Shown: piece by piece, positions 39,183 through 48,816 of the stretch
Layout of the letters: every line of letters begins with the position of its first letter
How positions within the stretch are numbered: position 1 is the stretch's first letter
Assembly (NCBI GenBank): GCA_037925075.1
Contig: JAXSNR010000001.1
Span: 640,001 to 704,000 of the forward strand
Direction of reading: 5' to 3'
From: Aquificaceae bacterium
GTDB lineage: Bacteria > Aquificota > Aquificia > Aquificales > Aquificaceae
DNA length: 64,000 nucleotides
Notes under the pieces: model-generated
The model's input: the letters and a program-made list of their open reading frames with translations, nothing else
The model's database searches: none
What the model was told of the DNA's origin: nothing
Position numbers and translations under genes: made by a program

Positions 39183-39700
39183 TAAACAGGAGAGCTCTTC
39201 TTAGTTTTCTCCTTTCTATACCTGTTGTGGGCAGGGCAAGGGCGATGGATATTGAAGTTCACGGTTGCATCATAAAGGTAGATAGACTGTACAGAGTAGA
39301 GGAAGAAAGAATGCTCTTCCAATGGGTCAAGGATGAAGGTTCAGGGGTTTACTCTGTGGGTTTTATGCAAATACTTTCCTCGCTTATATATCCCCTTTAT
39401 GCTATAAGGATAAAGCCTGTTGGCACTGTGGTAGAGTTTGATGGGAACCTTGCGGTAGTGGAGTCTGGTAAAAGGGTTTCCACCTTTCCAAGCCCGCTTA
39501 GTGGGAAGGTGGTAGATTCTAACAAGTCTTTGGAAAAGGAGCCTTCCCTAATAGTTAGCAAACCCTACGAAAGCTGGATCGTAAAGATAAAGGCTGAAAA
39601 GCCCGAGGAACTCAAAAAGCTAAAAAGGGCTGAGGACATACGGGAGATTTTAAGGCGTATAATAGTCAAAGAAAAGATAGAATGCCTGCCCAAAAGATAG
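39179..39700 (+). CDS. GcvH/LbpA-like lipoate-binding protein with Tat-like N-terminus
   Basis: VESGK lipoylation motif, SPLSGKV, PYESW, N- and C-terminal Cys; NRRALL signal. Confidence 0.75.
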   Translation: MINRRALLSFLLSIPVVGRARAMDIEVHGCIIKVDRLYRVEEERMLFQWVKDEGSGVYSVGFMQILSSLIYPLYAIRIKPVGTVVEFDGNLAVVESGKRVSTFPSPLSGKVVDSNKSLEKEPSLIVSKPYESWIVKIKAEKPEELKKLKRAEDIREILRRIIVKEKIECLPKR

Positions 39701-39795
39701 GGAGAGTTTGATGCGCTGGTGCGGTCCCGGGACTTCAAATCCCGTGAGGGGTCCTGTTAGGGGTCCCTGGAGGGTTCGATTCCCTCACTCTCCCG
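39700..39795 (+). tRNA. selC: tRNA-Sec (anticodon TCA)
   Basis: 8-bp acceptor stem GGGAGAGT/ACTCTCCC, anticodon loop CT-TCA-AA (TCA at 39735-39737), long variable arm, GTTCGATTC T-loop. Confidence 0.95.
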
Positions 39796-39811
39796 ATTTA
39801 TAATAGGAATT

Positions 39812-40147
39812 ATGAGGGTGGCTGATTACATAAAGGAAGGGCTTAAGAACATGGTGGAGGAACTGCCAGAGGGATATCAAGAAATTGGAAAGTGCACCTC
39901 TGGTTGTCATTCTGTGAGGTTCTTCATGAAGGGTCTCCCCAAAAGGGTAGAGGATGTAAAGTTTAAAGCAACAAACAGATGCAAGAAGCTCCTCGCGGTT
40001 GCGGACTTTGTAGCTGAAAGGGTCAAGGAAAAGGGCAAGGTGGAGGTAAGCGAGGAGGAAGTGCTCTCATACTTCTCTGATGAAAAAGAGCAGGACAAGC
40101 TGAAGGATAGGCTAAGGATGGTAAAGACTGCTCTGGGGCTCAAGTAG
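39812..40147 (+). CDS. NifU/IscU-N-like small protein
   Basis: CTSGC, VEDVKFKATNRC...AVAD resemble the U-type scaffold fold. Confidence 0.55.
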   Translation: MRVADYIKEGLKNMVEELPEGYQEIGKCTSGCHSVRFFMKGLPKRVEDVKFKATNRCKKLLAVADFVAERVKEKGKVEVSEEEVLSYFSDEKEQDKLKDRLRMVKTALGLK

Positions 40148-40181
40148 TGTAGAAGGTACCTCACAGAATATAATTAAACCT

Positions 40182-42101
40182 ATGGAGAAGGTTAAGCTAA
40201 GGGTAAACGGTAAAGAACTTTTTGTAGACAAAGACACACCTCTGGGTGAGGTTTTCAAAACCCTTGGTATAGAGGATGCCATAGGTGGAAAATCTAGCTC
40301 AAGGCTTATAGACCTTCTTACACCCATAAGGGAAAGCACGGAAATAACCCCCATTTTTAAACAGGACCCAGAGAGCCTTGAGATAATGAGACATACCCTT
40401 TCTCACATAATGGCGCAGGCTTTGAAAGAGCTCTATGGCTACGACAGGGTTCATCTTGGAGTGGGTCCCACCACAGAAGAAGGCTTTTATTACGATGTGG
40501 AGGTGGAAGGCTACACCATAAGCTCAGAAGACCTTCCAAAGATAGAGGAGAAGATGAGGGAGATAATCAAAAGAAACTACCCCCTTTTTAGAAGGGAGCT
40601 TTCAAGGGAAGAATCCATAAGGCTGTTTTCAGAGATGAAGGAAAAATACAAGCTGGACATCATAAACAGAATAGACCCACAGGAAACCATATCCGTGTAC
40701 GGTCAGGATGGTTTTACGGACCTCTGCAGAGGACCTCACGTCCCTTCAACGGGTATGGTGGGAGAGTTTAAGCTTACCCATGTGGCTGGTGCCTACTGGA
40801 TGGGAGACTCCTCAAGGCCCATGCTTCAGAGGATATACGGCGTAGCCTTTTGGGACAGGAAAGAGCTTGAGGAAAGGCTGAGGTTTTATGAAGAAGCCAA
40901 GAAAAGGGACCACAGAAGACTTGGCAGAGAGCTGGAGCTTTTTCTGATAGATGATGAGGTAGGTGCTGGGCTTGTCATATGGCTTCCAAAGGGCGCAATC
41001 CTAAGAAGGACCCTTGAGGATTACTGGAAAGAGGAACACATAAAAAGAGGATACCAGCTTGTGTACACACCCCATGTGGGTAATGCCAAGCTATGGCAAA
41101 CAAGCGGACATTTAGACTACTACAGGCCCAACATGTTTTCCCCCATGGAGATAGAGCATGAAGAGTACTTTGTAAAACCTATGAACTGCCCTTTTCATGT
41201 GGCCATATACAAAAGCAAAGTGCGTAGCTACAAGGAGCTTCCTATTAAGCTTGCGGAGCTTGGTACCGTATACAGGTACGAGATGTCTGGAGTTTTGCAT
41301 GGGCTTATGAGAGTAAGAGGCTTCACGCAAGATGACGCCCACATAATATGCACTTCCGAGCAGGTGGAGGAGGTGATACAGGAAACCCTTGAGTTTGCGG
41401 TTGAAATGCTCAGAGACTTTGGCTTTGAGGACTTTAAAGTTTACATCTCCACAAAACCTTCTGACTCCATAGGCTCTCCAGAGCAGTGGGAGCTGGCTGA
41501 AGGTGCCCTCAAAAAGGCGGTGGAAAAGGTAGGGCTACCCTATGAAATAGACGAGGGTGGTGGAGCCTTTTACGGACCAAAGATTGACGTTAAGATAAAG
41601 GATGCCATAGGCAGGCTTTGGCAGTGCTCCACCATACAGTTTGACTTTAACCTTCCAGAACGTTTTGAAATGGAGTATGTGGGACCAGACAACAGAAGGC
41701 ACAGGCCCTACATGGTTCATAGGGCTATCTTTGGTTCCATAGAGAGGTTTGTGGGTGTTCTTTTGGAGCATTACGCCGGGCTTTTGCCCCTGTGGCTCTC
41801 TCCCGTTCAAGTTAAAGTCATACCCATATCTCTAGAAAAGCACGGGGACTACGCAAGAGAAGTTGAAGCTTTACTAAAGCATAAGGGCATAAGGGTGGAG
41901 ATGGACCTCAGAGAAGAAAGGCTCAACGCACGCATAAGGGATGCAGAGCTTCAGAAAATCCCCTATGTGGTGGTCTTGGGAGACAAGGAGATGCAAAACA
42001 AAAGCCTATCGGTGCGTAGCAAGAGGGAAGGAAACTTGGGCTTTATGACCTTGGATCAATTCTTGCACATGCTAACCGAGAAGGTAAGAAACAGAGAATA
42101 A
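40182..42101 (+). CDS. thrS: Threonine--tRNA ligase
   Basis: RHTLSH, DLCRGPH, RDHRRLG, KPMNCP, RVRGFTQDDAH. Confidence 0.98.
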   Translation: MEKVKLRVNGKELFVDKDTPLGEVFKTLGIEDAIGGKSSSRLIDLLTPIRESTEITPIFKQDPESLEIMRHTLSHIMAQALKELYGYDRVHLGVGPTTEEGFYYDVEVEGYTISSEDLPKIEEKMREIIKRNYPLFRRELSREESIRLFSEMKEKYKLDIINRIDPQETISVYGQDGFTDLCRGPHVPSTGMVGEFKLTHVAGAYWMGDSSRPMLQRIYGVAFWDRKELEERLRFYEEAKKRDHRRLGRELELFLIDDEVGAGLVIWLPKGAILRRTLEDYWKEEHIKRGYQLVYTPHVGNAKLWQTSGHLDYYRPNMFSPMEIEHEEYFVKPMNCPFHVAIYKSKVRSYKELPIKLAELGTVYRYEMSGVLHGLMRVRGFTQDDAHIICTSEQVEEVIQETLEFAVEMLRDFGFEDFKVYISTKPSDSIGSPEQWELAEGALKKAVEKVGLPYEIDEGGGAFYGPKIDVKIKDAIGRLWQCSTIQFDFNLPERFEMEYVGPDNRRHRPYMVHRAIFGSIERFVGVLLEHYAGLLPLWLSPVQVKVIPISLEKHGDYAREVEALLKHKGIRVEMDLREERLNARIRDAELQKIPYVVVLGDKEMQNKSLSVRSKREGNLGFMTLDQFLHMLTEKVRNRE

Positions 42102-42889
42102 TGCTTGGAAGGGTTGCAGTCCATGTATGGGAAGAGGATTACCACTACTTGCGGTATGTGAGGTTTATCCTCTCTGGGCTCAGCACAAAGCCTCACTTTC
42201 TTTTTGTGGAGGAGGAAAACCTCCTTGGAGACCTTGTGAACTTCTTCTCAAAGCCTTCCGAAGAGAGGGAGCATGCCATAAGGAAACACATAGGTGAACT
42301 CTTTCAAGATTATGAGTTTTATACGCTAACCGGCTCTCCTCGCGATACCTTAGACCATCTTCAGAAAAACTATGACCTGGTTTTTGTAAAGTACAAAAAA
42401 CACTTCTTTCGTAGGTCTATGCCCGAGTGGATAATCTCTAAAACCGACAGCCTCAAGCTTTGGGTTTACAAGGAAGGAGCCATCCCGAGCATAAAAAGGG
42501 TATGTCTTCCAGTGGATTTCTCCGAAAGGTCTGTTAAACAGGTGGAATTCGTCCTTAAGCTAAGGGAGTTTTTATCCTTTGAATTTGACTTGGTTTATTC
42601 CATCAATATAAGTAGGCTGAAAAATAAGCTAGATAGCGGTGACTACTCAAAAAGCTTAGAGGATAAGGTAGGAGAAGCAAGGCACATGTTTACCGATATG
42701 TTTGGTGGTAAGGAGATGAATTTAGTACTTTTGGAAGGAGACCCATACAAGGAGATGGTAAGGTTTATAAACTCTTCCAATTATGACTTGGTGGTTGTGG
42801 GCAGGAGAGGTAGAGGCATGAGAGAAAGGATAGGAAGCGTCTCCCTTCATCTTATAAGGAGTTTGAAATGCCCAGCGCTTGTCCTGTGA
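42101..42889 (+). CDS. Universal stress protein family
   Basis: LPVDFSERS...DLVVVGRRG...IGSVS...CPALVL. Confidence 0.85.
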   Translation: MLGRVAVHVWEEDYHYLRYVRFILSGLSTKPHFLFVEEENLLGDLVNFFSKPSEEREHAIRKHIGELFQDYEFYTLTGSPRDTLDHLQKNYDLVFVKYKKHFFRRSMPEWIISKTDSLKLWVYKEGAIPSIKRVCLPVDFSERSVKQVEFVLKLREFLSFEFDLVYSINISRLKNKLDSGDYSKSLEDKVGEARHMFTDMFGGKEMNLVLLEGDPYKEMVRFINSSNYDLVVVGRRGRGMRERIGSVSLHLIRSLKCPALVL

Positions 42890-43509
42890 GCAGGCTCGCT
42901 AAGGTGTTTCTTGCGCCTCTCTGTCCAACGGTTAAAAGGGTTTTCAGGAGTTTGTTTCGTGTGGAAGCCTTCGGGCTTGAAAACATCCCCTCAGAACCCT
43001 GCATAGTGGCAAGCAACCACAGGAGCCACCTTGACCCCCCTGTTCTCAACAGCCTTTTTCCAGAGCCTTTGAGATTTCTTGCCAAGGAAGAGCTCTTTAG
43101 GGTGCCCGTGATTGGAAAAATACTTCCCCATATGGGTGCCTTGCCCGTCAGGCGAGGTTCTGGAGACTTGGAAGTGCTTGAACTTGCCCTTGAGCTCATG
43201 CACTTTGGCTGTAAGGTTTGTATATTCCCAGAAGGGACGAGGGCAAACCCCGGGCAGTTTCTCAAGCCAAAGCTAGGTGTTGGTTTTTTAGCCATAAAAA
43301 GCCAAAGACCAATACTCCCAGTGTACATAGAAGGTACAGACAAGGTTTTTCCTAAGGGTGCTAAACTTCCAAAGCCCGGACATCCCATAAGAGTCTTTAT
43401 AGGTAAAAGCAGGGTTTACCACGAAGAGGATAATCTAAAAGGCTACAGAAGGGTGGCGGAGGATATAATGGAAAGCATAAAGGAGCTTGCCCGTGCCAAG
43501 GGTAGTTAG
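42868..43509 (+). CDS. plsC: 1-acyl-sn-glycerol-3-phosphate acyltransferase
   Basis: NHRSHLD and FPEGTR motifs. Confidence 0.9.
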   Translation: MPSACPVSRLAKVFLAPLCPTVKRVFRSLFRVEAFGLENIPSEPCIVASNHRSHLDPPVLNSLFPEPLRFLAKEELFRVPVIGKILPHMGALPVRRGSGDLEVLELALELMHFGCKVCIFPEGTRANPGQFLKPKLGVGFLAIKSQRPILPVYIEGTDKVFPKGAKLPKPGHPIRVFIGKSRVYHEEDNLKGYRRVAEDIMESIKELARAKGS

Positions 43510-43906
43510 CATAGTAGGAGAGCACAATGTAGGGAAGACCACCTTCATAGAGGCCCTTATACCCCACCTGAGGGCAAAGGGTCTAAAGGTTGGATACCTA
43601 AAGCACGACCCAAAGGGTCACGGTATAACCGACAAAGAAGGGAGCGATACGAACAGGGTTTTTAGGATTGCGGACAAGGTTGGGCTCTTGTCTCCAGACA
43701 GGCTAACCCTTTGGGAAAAAAGAGAGGATGACCCCTTGAAGGTGGTGGAGGAGTACTTTTCGGACTTTGATGTGGTGATTTTGGAAGGCTGGAAAGGGCT
43801 AAAGGGCATAAAAAGGGTGGTCCTTGGAGGGCTTGAACTTGAGGGTCTAAAGATAGAAGGTCTCAAAGACCTGCAAAAGGTAGTAGATTATATACTGGAA
43901 GATTAA
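43487..43906 (+). CDS. mobB: Molybdopterin-guanine dinucleotide biosynthesis protein B
   Basis: VGEHNVGKTT, LKHD, DKEGSDT, DVVILEGWK. Confidence 0.85.
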   Translation: MPVPRVVSIVGEHNVGKTTFIEALIPHLRAKGLKVGYLKHDPKGHGITDKEGSDTNRVFRIADKVGLLSPDRLTLWEKREDDPLKVVEEYFSDFDVVILEGWKGLKGIKRVVLGGLELEGLKIEGLKDLQKVVDYILED

Positions 43907-43922
43907 AAAAGGAGGCACCAAC

Positions 43923-44492
43923 ATGGTATGCATAACCCATCTTGAGCTTTGTCCCTATTGTAAAAGGATAGCACTTAGGGTTTGTGAGTACGATGAGCCG
44001 TACCCAAGGGTGGAGGCTGAGTGTCAATGTTGTGGCTACAGGGCATACGATGTGCCCATGAGGCTCACTCAGGAAGATTTTAGAAACATACTTGACAAGC
44101 TTGGAAGAAAGCTCATAGGTGAGGTTTGCATAGATGACCGATGCGCCTCTACAAGGGTGATAAGGCTAATAAAGGAGGGCAGTTATGCGGAATACCGGTG
44201 CCTTGAGTGTGGTTCCGAGTGGAACAGTGATGAATTGCAAAAGGCCATAGATAGGGTAAAGGGGGTACAAAGTGGTCTAAAAAACGGAAACAGGCTTATG
44301 GAGCTTCTAAAGGCTGGTGAAGGAGAGTGTCCCCTGTGTGGATGGGATATTGGTCATATGCATGTGGGATATGCGGTCTCCATTGAGTGCTTTGTCTGTG
44401 GCTATCATACAGATACGAAAGAAGTTTTACCTCAAGTTGACCCCTCAACCCTTGAATGTCCCGAGTACGAAAGGTCAGAGGAGACAGGTTGA
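43923..44492 (+). CDS. Hypothetical multi-CxxC (zinc-ribbon) protein
   Basis: About six Cys pairs; GGAGG RBS. Confidence 0.7.
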   Translation: MVCITHLELCPYCKRIALRVCEYDEPYPRVEAECQCCGYRAYDVPMRLTQEDFRNILDKLGRKLIGEVCIDDRCASTRVIRLIKEGSYAEYRCLECGSEWNSDELQKAIDRVKGVQSGLKNGNRLMELLKAGEGECPLCGWDIGHMHVGYAVSIECFVCGYHTDTKEVLPQVDPSTLECPEYERSEETG

Positions 44493-44977
44493 GGGTGCCC
44501 CACCAAGAGTTTATAAGGTACGAAGGCTGGAAGGAGCAGTTTTTGAAAGATTACGAAAAGATAAACTCAAGGGATATACATAAGCTGGCTCAGGAGATTG
44601 AGGAAATGTATCCAGAACAAGAAGAAAGGCTTTTTAAGGCTTTGATATCCATGTATGTGGGAGGTTATGAAAAGAGATTGGAAGACCCGGAGATAAGATA
44701 CTGGACCAACTGGGCTGGTATAAAGACCTACAGAACCTTTAATGGGTTTCCACAGCTTTCAGATATGGAGCTTGCCTTTGCCTTTTATGCCATGGGTAAG
44801 GTTTTTGTCCCACTTCTTTTACATGAGAAGGGTGTAAAGTCCAAAAGCTTCAAAGGCCTAAGCCAAGAGGAGCAGGAGAAGGCGGTGATGGAAGAGTTGG
44901 AAGTAATATGGGAGAACCATCTCATAAGAGTGCTTCAGATACTGCCCTTCCTTGGGTTTAACTCTATGAGCATATAA
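44489..44977 (+). CDS. Hypothetical protein
   Basis: TTG start overlapping the upstream TGA, with a GAGGAG RBS. Confidence 0.65.
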   Translation: MRVPHQEFIRYEGWKEQFLKDYEKINSRDIHKLAQEIEEMYPEQEERLFKALISMYVGGYEKRLEDPEIRYWTNWAGIKTYRTFNGFPQLSDMELAFAFYAMGKVFVPLLLHEKGVKSKSFKGLSQEEQEKAVMEELEVIWENHLIRVLQILPFLGFNSMSI

Positions 44978-46659
44978 AAGCCATCCTTGTTGGGAAGAGC
45001 CTTTACCCTCCAACCATGAAGCTCCGCTATGTGCCTTACTATGGCAAGCCCAAGCCCCATGCCCTTTGGGTTTTCAGAGTGGTAGGGCAGGAAGATAAGC
45101 TCCTCTTTGCCCTCTTCTATGCCCACCCCATCATCCCTGTAAGTTATTGTGCCTTCTCTCAACTCAACCCATACACCTTTCGCGCCCCACTCAAGGCTAT
45201 TGTTAAAGAGGTTAAAAAACATGTCTCTAAGTAGTCCTTCATCTCCAACCACCTTTAGACTGCCAACCACCTGAATGGAGAGGTCTTCATAGAGCTTTGA
45301 CATCTGCCTGAGCATTTCTCCCAGGTCCAACTCTCTGAATTGAGGCTCTGTATCTGTGGAGAGACTTCTAAATTGTTCAATGGTTTTCTTTACCCTTTGA
45401 ATCTCAAAAAACATAAGCTCCGCCATCTGGGCAACACGGTCCATATCACACTGCCCCTTTTGCAAAGACCTTATGAGCCTCTCTAAGTTAAGGCTTATGG
45501 GAGTCAGAGGGTTTTTTATCTCGTGGGCTATTCTTTTAACCGCCATCTGCCAAGTTTTGAAACGCTCCGCAAGTATAACCGCCTCAAGGTCTTCGTACAC
45601 CATAACCGTACCCAGTTCCAGCTCAACCACACTTTGCCTTACGTTGCTCTTTTTAACTATCTCCTCATAGGTCCTGTTTTGAAACCTTTCACCTTCTTTT
45701 GATATAAACACTATGCCTACAGGCAAGGCGTTAAAAAGGCTTAGAAGAATCTCCTTTTCCCTGTTTAGCCTACTGTACAAGACCCTTAGCTCTTCCTTCA
45801 TACTGGCAAAACTTTTGGCAAGCTCTTGAACCTCATCTCCTGTCTGAGGTATATCCACCTTGACCTCAAAATTGCCCTTTGCCAGCTCTTTTGCCCTTTG
45901 TGAAAGCTTCTCTAAGGGTAGGCTGATGTACCTTGCCACCAGATTACCAAACCATACCGCGGAAAGAAAGGAAATAAAGCCTGCAAGCACTATAAAATAC
46001 ACATAAACCCCACCTATTATGTCCCTTGCTTTTACCATGTTTCTTAGCTCGCCCGCGGTCTGGGAGATGTCCTTCATCAGAGAGATTATTTTTGAACTTC
46101 TTGTTATGCTTATGCTGTAGCCATCAATACACAATATAGCGGCCCTTTCGGTAAAAAGCTCTTGGCATTTTGAGTCCTTTTCAACCTTAACACCTTCCAA
46201 AGATTCAAGCACTTGAAGGTCCACTTCTCTTTCCTTCAAAAGCTCTGCCATTTTTCTGTAGCCTTCCGCTCTTCTTTTTTCTTCTTCTTCTATAACAAGC
46301 TTCAAGCCTTCTGATTTTCTTGCCACTTCTTTTAGCTGTCCGCTCACAAAGGACTTTGTGGACTGAAGGAGTATTATGGCACTTACCATGTTTAGAAAGA
46401 TCAGAGGTATTATCATATAAAGCAAAAGGCTTGTGGAGAGCTTGCGTCTCAGAGGACCTTTTCTGCCAGTAAGGTATGTCTTTATAAACTTCCTGAAAAA
46501 TATTACAAAAACCACAAAGAGGACAAGTAGGTCAAGGTTTATAACCAAAAGCACAAAGGGATAGCTAATGCCCCATATATTCCTAAGATTGTCCAAAAAG
46601 GCTATGTTTATGATAGTAAAGACAGAAAGGAAAAGAAAGAAGGCAAGATAAAGCCTCAA
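44935..46659 (-). CDS. NtrY-like sensor histidine kinase
   Basis: TM segments, HAMP domain, WQMAVKRIAHEIKNPLTPI, GMGLGLAI. Confidence 0.85.
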   Translation of the reverse strand: MRLYLAFFLFLSVFTIINIAFLDNLRNIWGISYPFVLLVINLDLLVLFVVFVIFFRKFIKTYLTGRKGPLRRKLSTSLLLYMIIPLIFLNMVSAIILLQSTKSFVSGQLKEVARKSEGLKLVIEEEEKRRAEGYRKMAELLKEREVDLQVLESLEGVKVEKDSKCQELFTERAAILCIDGYSISITRSSKIISLMKDISQTAGELRNMVKARDIIGGVYVYFIVLAGFISFLSAVWFGNLVARYISLPLEKLSQRAKELAKGNFEVKVDIPQTGDEVQELAKSFASMKEELRVLYSRLNREKEILLSLFNALPVGIVFISKEGERFQNRTYEEIVKKSNVRQSVVELELGTVMVYEDLEAVILAERFKTWQMAVKRIAHEIKNPLTPISLNLERLIRSLQKGQCDMDRVAQMAELMFFEIQRVKKTIEQFRSLSTDTEPQFRELDLGEMLRQMSKLYEDLSIQVVGSLKVVGDEGLLRDMFFNLFNNSLEWGAKGVWVELREGTITYRDDGVGIEEGKEELIFLPYHSENPKGMGLGLAIVRHIAELHGWRVKALPNKDGFYMLIELNPRKGSI

Positions 46660-47327
46660 TGCATTTCCTTCTCCTTTATGTGTTGGTGTTTGACCACCTC
46701 GCCTTCAGACCAGTATATGGTCATCTCCGCTATGTTTTCCGCATGGTCTGCCATCCTCTCAAAGTGCCTTGCTATAAAGGAAAGATGCATGGACCTTCTT
46801 ATGTTTCTTGGATCTTCAAGCATATAGGTGATCAGTTCCCTTTGCACCTGATGGTACAGCTCATCCACCATGTCATCTCTTTCTATGACCTTTTTGGCGA
46901 GGGCAGTATCCCTTTGGAAGAAGGATAATACCGCGTCCTCTATCATGCCCTTTACGTTGGCAGCCATCAGGGTAAGGTTTATATAAGGCTTTAGGGGTGG
47001 CTCTTGTGCAAGAAGTATGGACCTCTCTGCTATGTTTTCAGCCTCATCTCCTATCCTTTCAAGGTCGGAGACTATCTTGTACATACCCATTATAAGCCTT
47101 AGGTCCACCGCCTCTGGCTGGTAAAGGGCTATCATCCTTATACACCTTCTTTCTATCTCCACCTCCATCTGGTCAATCTGGTCATCACCCTTTATGACCT
47201 CCTCCGCCAACTCCACGCTTTGCTTGTTGAGGGACTCTATTGCCTTATCCACCGCATCTTTAACAAGCCCTGCCATCTTGAGAACAAGATTCTTTGTTTC
47301 CTCAAGCTCCTGAAATAGTTTCATCAT
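46656..47327 (-). CDS. phoU: Phosphate signalling protein PhoU
   Basis: QPEAVDLR, DLERIGD, ERMADHAENIAE. Confidence 0.95.
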   Translation of the reverse strand: MMKLFQELEETKNLVLKMAGLVKDAVDKAIESLNKQSVELAEEVIKGDDQIDQMEVEIERRCIRMIALYQPEAVDLRLIMGMYKIVSDLERIGDEAENIAERSILLAQEPPLKPYINLTLMAANVKGMIEDAVLSFFQRDTALAKKVIERDDMVDELYHQVQRELITYMLEDPRNIRRSMHLSFIARHFERMADHAENIAEMTIYWSEGEVVKHQHIKEKEMH

Positions 47328-47374
47328 AGCCTCCTTTAATTATAGTATTTTAAGGGCTCTTTGTTAAGATTCTG

Positions 47375-48160
47375 TTAAAGGCTTTCTCTGTCCAGCCTAA
47401 GTTCCACAAGCTTGTCCTCAAGTTTTAGGGTAAGTACTATTTCCTTATGATTTTCCCTTTTGCTAAGGAGCAAAGCTTTTGAGTCTGCAAGTACTTCCTG
47501 CGGTTCGCCTTCTTCAATTATCTTTCCCTTGTGTATTTTTATGACCCTGTCTGCGAGTCTTAGTGCTTCTTCCTTGTCGTGGCTTACCATAAGAGCTGGC
47601 ACTGAGGAGTTTCTTTGAAAGCTTTTTAACTCCTTTTGGAGGTCCTCCCTCAGTTCTGGGTCAAGGGCGGAAAGGGGCTCATCCAAAAGAAGAACCTTTG
47701 GTTCTCTTGCGATGGCTCTTAAAAGAGCTACCCTCTGTTTTTGCCCTCCTGAAAGCCTATCTGGCTTTTTGTACCTTAGGCCTTCCAGCCCAGCCATTCT
47801 CAAAAGCTCCAAAGCCCTTTCTTTGTCCCTTTTTTTCATGCCGTACATCACATTATCCATCACCGCCATGTTGGGAAACAGGGCGTAGTCCTGAAAAACA
47901 AAGCCCACATCTCTCTTTTGGGGCGGAAGGTTTATCCCTTTTTTTGAGTCAAACCATACCTGACCATCTACCTCTATATATCCTTCCTCCGGAGTTTCAA
48001 GCCCTGCGATGCATCTCAGGAGGGTTGTTTTTCCACTGCCAGACTGCCCAAGTATGACAAGGAACTCTGTCCCTTTTGCTTGGAGGTCCACATCAAGCCA
48101 AAAATCCCCCTCAAAGCCGTGAAGTAGCTTCCTCACTCTTGCCCTTATCACAGGCTCCAC
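47375..48160 (-). CDS. modC: Molybdate ABC transporter ATPase
   Basis: GQSGSGKT, LPPQKR, LSGGQKQR, LLLDEP; follows modB. Confidence 0.88.
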   Translation of the reverse strand: MEPVIRARVRKLLHGFEGDFWLDVDLQAKGTEFLVILGQSGSGKTTLLRCIAGLETPEEGYIEVDGQVWFDSKKGINLPPQKRDVGFVFQDYALFPNMAVMDNVMYGMKKRDKERALELLRMAGLEGLRYKKPDRLSGGQKQRVALLRAIAREPKVLLLDEPLSALDPELREDLQKELKSFQRNSSVPALMVSHDKEEALRLADRVIKIHKGKIIEEGEPQEVLADSKALLLSKRENHKEIVLTLKLEDKLVELRLDRESL

Positions 48161-48816
48161 CTCCTGTTGACCGCATATAGCATCACAAGACTTATGAAGG
48201 ATAGCATAAAGAGAAGGCTCGCATAAACATGTGCTGTTTTGTAGTCTATGGCTTCCACCGCATCGTATATGGCTATGGAGACCACGCGAGTCTGCCCTTC
48301 TATGTTCCCACCCACCATAAGCACCACGCCAAACTCTCCAATGGTATGCGCAAAGGAAAGCACTATCCCAGTTAGCACAGAAGCCTTCATATTGGGAAGT
48401 ATTACTCTGAAAAGTGTTTCTATCTTTGACCTTCCAAGGGTCCAGCTGGCTTCTATGATGTTTTTGGGTACGCTCCTAAAACCAGAGGTTAAAGGGTGTA
48501 CCATCATAGGAAGACTGTATATAACTGACGCTATAACTATCCCTTCAAAGTGGAATACAAGCTGACGATCAAAGACCTTGTACCATAGGGGGCCAATAAA
48601 TCCCTCCTTGCTGAAAAGCAAAAGAAGGTAAAAACCCAACACAGTTGGGGGTAAAACGAGAGGAAGTGTGGTCAGAGCTTCTATCACAAGCCCTAACCTG
48701 CTTTTTGTATAGGCAAGGTAGTAGGAGATGGGAATACCTATTATGAGAAGTACAAGGGTGGTAAGAAGGGAGAGCTTTACCGTAAGCCATATGGGGACAG
48801 GGTTTATATCCGTCAT
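48148..48816 (-). CDS. modB: Molybdate ABC transporter permease
   Basis: LPLVLPPTVLGFYLL, FAHTIGEFG, GGNI. Confidence 0.93.
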   Translation of the reverse strand: MTDINPVPIWLTVKLSLLTTLVLLIIGIPISYYLAYTKSRLGLVIEALTTLPLVLPPTVLGFYLLLLFSKEGFIGPLWYKVFDRQLVFHFEGIVIASVIYSLPMMVHPLTSGFRSVPKNIIEASWTLGRSKIETLFRVILPNMKASVLTGIVLSFAHTIGEFGVVLMVGGNIEGQTRVVSIAIYDAVEAIDYKTAHVYASLLFMLSFISLVMLYAVNRRWSL

